A DNA stretch of 64,000 bases from Vermamoeba vermiformis (lineage: Eukaryota): NCBI GenBank assembly GCA_045837725.1, contig JBEWZL010000302.1:434001-498000 (forward strand), given 5' to 3'. Below are positions 62,601-64,000 of the stretch, one piece after another. The first letter of the stretch is position 1; each line of letters opens with the position of its first letter. The position numbers and the translations under genes were made by a program. Below the pieces are notes generated by a model, which did not search any database, was not told where the DNA came from, and saw only the letters and a list, made by a program, of their open reading frames with translations.

Positions 62601-64000
62601 CAAAGGTCCCAACATTAAGCTGAGGGGCGTGCGGAACTCGTGACTGACGTTCGTGAAGAACAAAGTCTTCGCGTGATCGATCTTAGCCAACTCTTCTGCG
62701 CGTCTCTTCTGCTCTTCGTAAGATCTGACGGTGTCCAAAGCCTTGGCAATGTGACCAACGACCATGTCAAAGAATGATTTGTAGTCTGCGTTGTAAAGTT
62801 GACGAGGACTAATGCCAGCGACAAATACACCGATAGGCTTCTCTTTTGCATCGGAAATGATCGGCAATACGATGGCCAGATCTGGTGACTCGGGCCAAAT
62901 ACCTCCTGGAAGCCGACCGACTTTGTTGTTCAAATCGCTGACCTTGATGGAGTGCATGGCATTAATCACTGCCGAGAATGGCCACACGCAGTTGTTAGAC
63001 TCGATGTCAACTTTTTCTGGGCAAGCTGCGTGACCAGGTTCGATGCCTGTGTAAGACTGCAGAACCAACGTCTTCTCGTCGTCAAAGAGGTACATGAGCG
63101 TGAAGGGCAGGTCAGCAGGGCACGTGTTCAGTGCTTTGGAGAGGGCCATGCAAACATCGCGCGTTGTGCCTGTCTTGTCGGTGGCACTAACTTCACGTAG
63201 CAGGTCCATTCTGCGAGTATTAAGCACTTTCTTGGTAGTTTCGAATGTCACGTTGATTACACCAACCACTTTCATTTCCTCGTCGAAGATTGGAGAAAGT
63301 GAAAATGTAAAGTAGACTTCCTCAGCAAATCCATTGCGTTCCATAACGAGCATCAAATCTTGTTGCAAGTTAGAGCTTTCGCCTTGTAGAGCTCCTTCGA
63401 GCATTGGCATAATTGAGCCCTTGATATCTCCCCAGATCTCCAGACCCTTCTTGCCCATAGCAGGATGTTTGTCGCCAAGATAAGGACGATAAGCGTCGTT
63501 ATATAACAGATAAAGATCTTTGCCCCACCAAATACTCATCGGAAATTCGTTCTTCAAGCAGATGTTGACCGTGATGACAAGACTTCGAGGCCAGGAGGTA
63601 ATAGGACCCAAGCCGGACTTGCTCCAGTCAACTCCGAGCATGTATTTGCCCATTTCACCTAATAAGTCAATTAGTGATGAGATTTCTAGATTTTTAGTCC
63701 GGATTTAATCCGTACCGCCAGATTCGATCAGCTCGAAAAAGTTTCGCGGAAGGTTAGTACCCGTTTTAACGACCGGTAAGATCGTATTGTTGACGCTCGA
63801 TGGTTCTTTGCTGGCTGCGGTGGCGGTCATTTCCTGATCGGGATTCGTCGCGCGTGGCAGTCGCAGTGTCACGGTGAATTTAGTTCCTTGGCCTTTACTG
63901 CTTTCCACCGATATTTTGCCACCCATAAGCTCTACGAGACCTTTGCAAATAATAAGTCCGAGCCCAAATCCTCCGAATTGTGTTGCGATGGAATTGTTCG
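59684..64000 (-). CDS. Multi-module hybrid sensor histidine kinase; 5' end outside the window
   Basis: Domain order: HATPase end ('GFGLGLIICKGLVELMGGKISVES'), PAS/GAF ('WSKSGLGPITSWPRSL'), HisKA ('VSHEFRTPL'), HATPase, REC ('SDVMMPKLDG'), HisKA ('CHEIRNPLHG'), degenerate HATPase, REC, REC. Confidence 0.93.

Overview
Gene-dense, AT-rich eukaryotic nuclear DNA (standard genetic code; many short GT-AG introns with CTAAT/CTAAC-like branch points). The gene content looks like a free-living amoeboid protist, but the taxon cannot be established from sequence alone. About 24 spliced protein-coding genes were reconstructed by eye, so exon boundaries are approximate. The genes are: a cluster of F-box and F-box/LRR genes, a PA-domain 7TM protein, an RCC1-repeat pseudokinase, a 17beta-HSD12-like SDR, a large nucleotidyltransferase + DXO/Rai1-like fusion, arginine deiminase, an RNI-like LRR protein, two tandem beta-propeller surface proteins, an Aro7-type chorismate mutase fused to prephenate dehydratase, an Fno/NpdG-like oxidoreductase, a KGG-repeat stress protein, a SET/MYND protein, a GH27 alpha-galactosidase, a COG0523 GTPase, an LRR-TM-RasGAP receptor, an NMNAT-like enzyme, a charged coiled-coil protein and a multi-module hybrid histidine kinase. 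No rRNA, tRNA, CRISPR array or transposase was recognised. The most interesting signals are: (1) the NTase-DXO fusion; (2) an oversized arginine deiminase intron holding a candidate poison exon whose 5' splice site sits in a hairpin loop; (3) a TGA-CTAG stop with a 57-codon in-frame extension in the NMNAT-like gene; (4) the LRR receptor with a RasGAP cytoplasmic domain; (5) the CM-PDT fusion; (6) a 12-bp palindrome TGACACGTGTCA that recurs mostly inside introns; (7) two ~160-bp near-identical tracts inside otherwise diverged paralog pairs.
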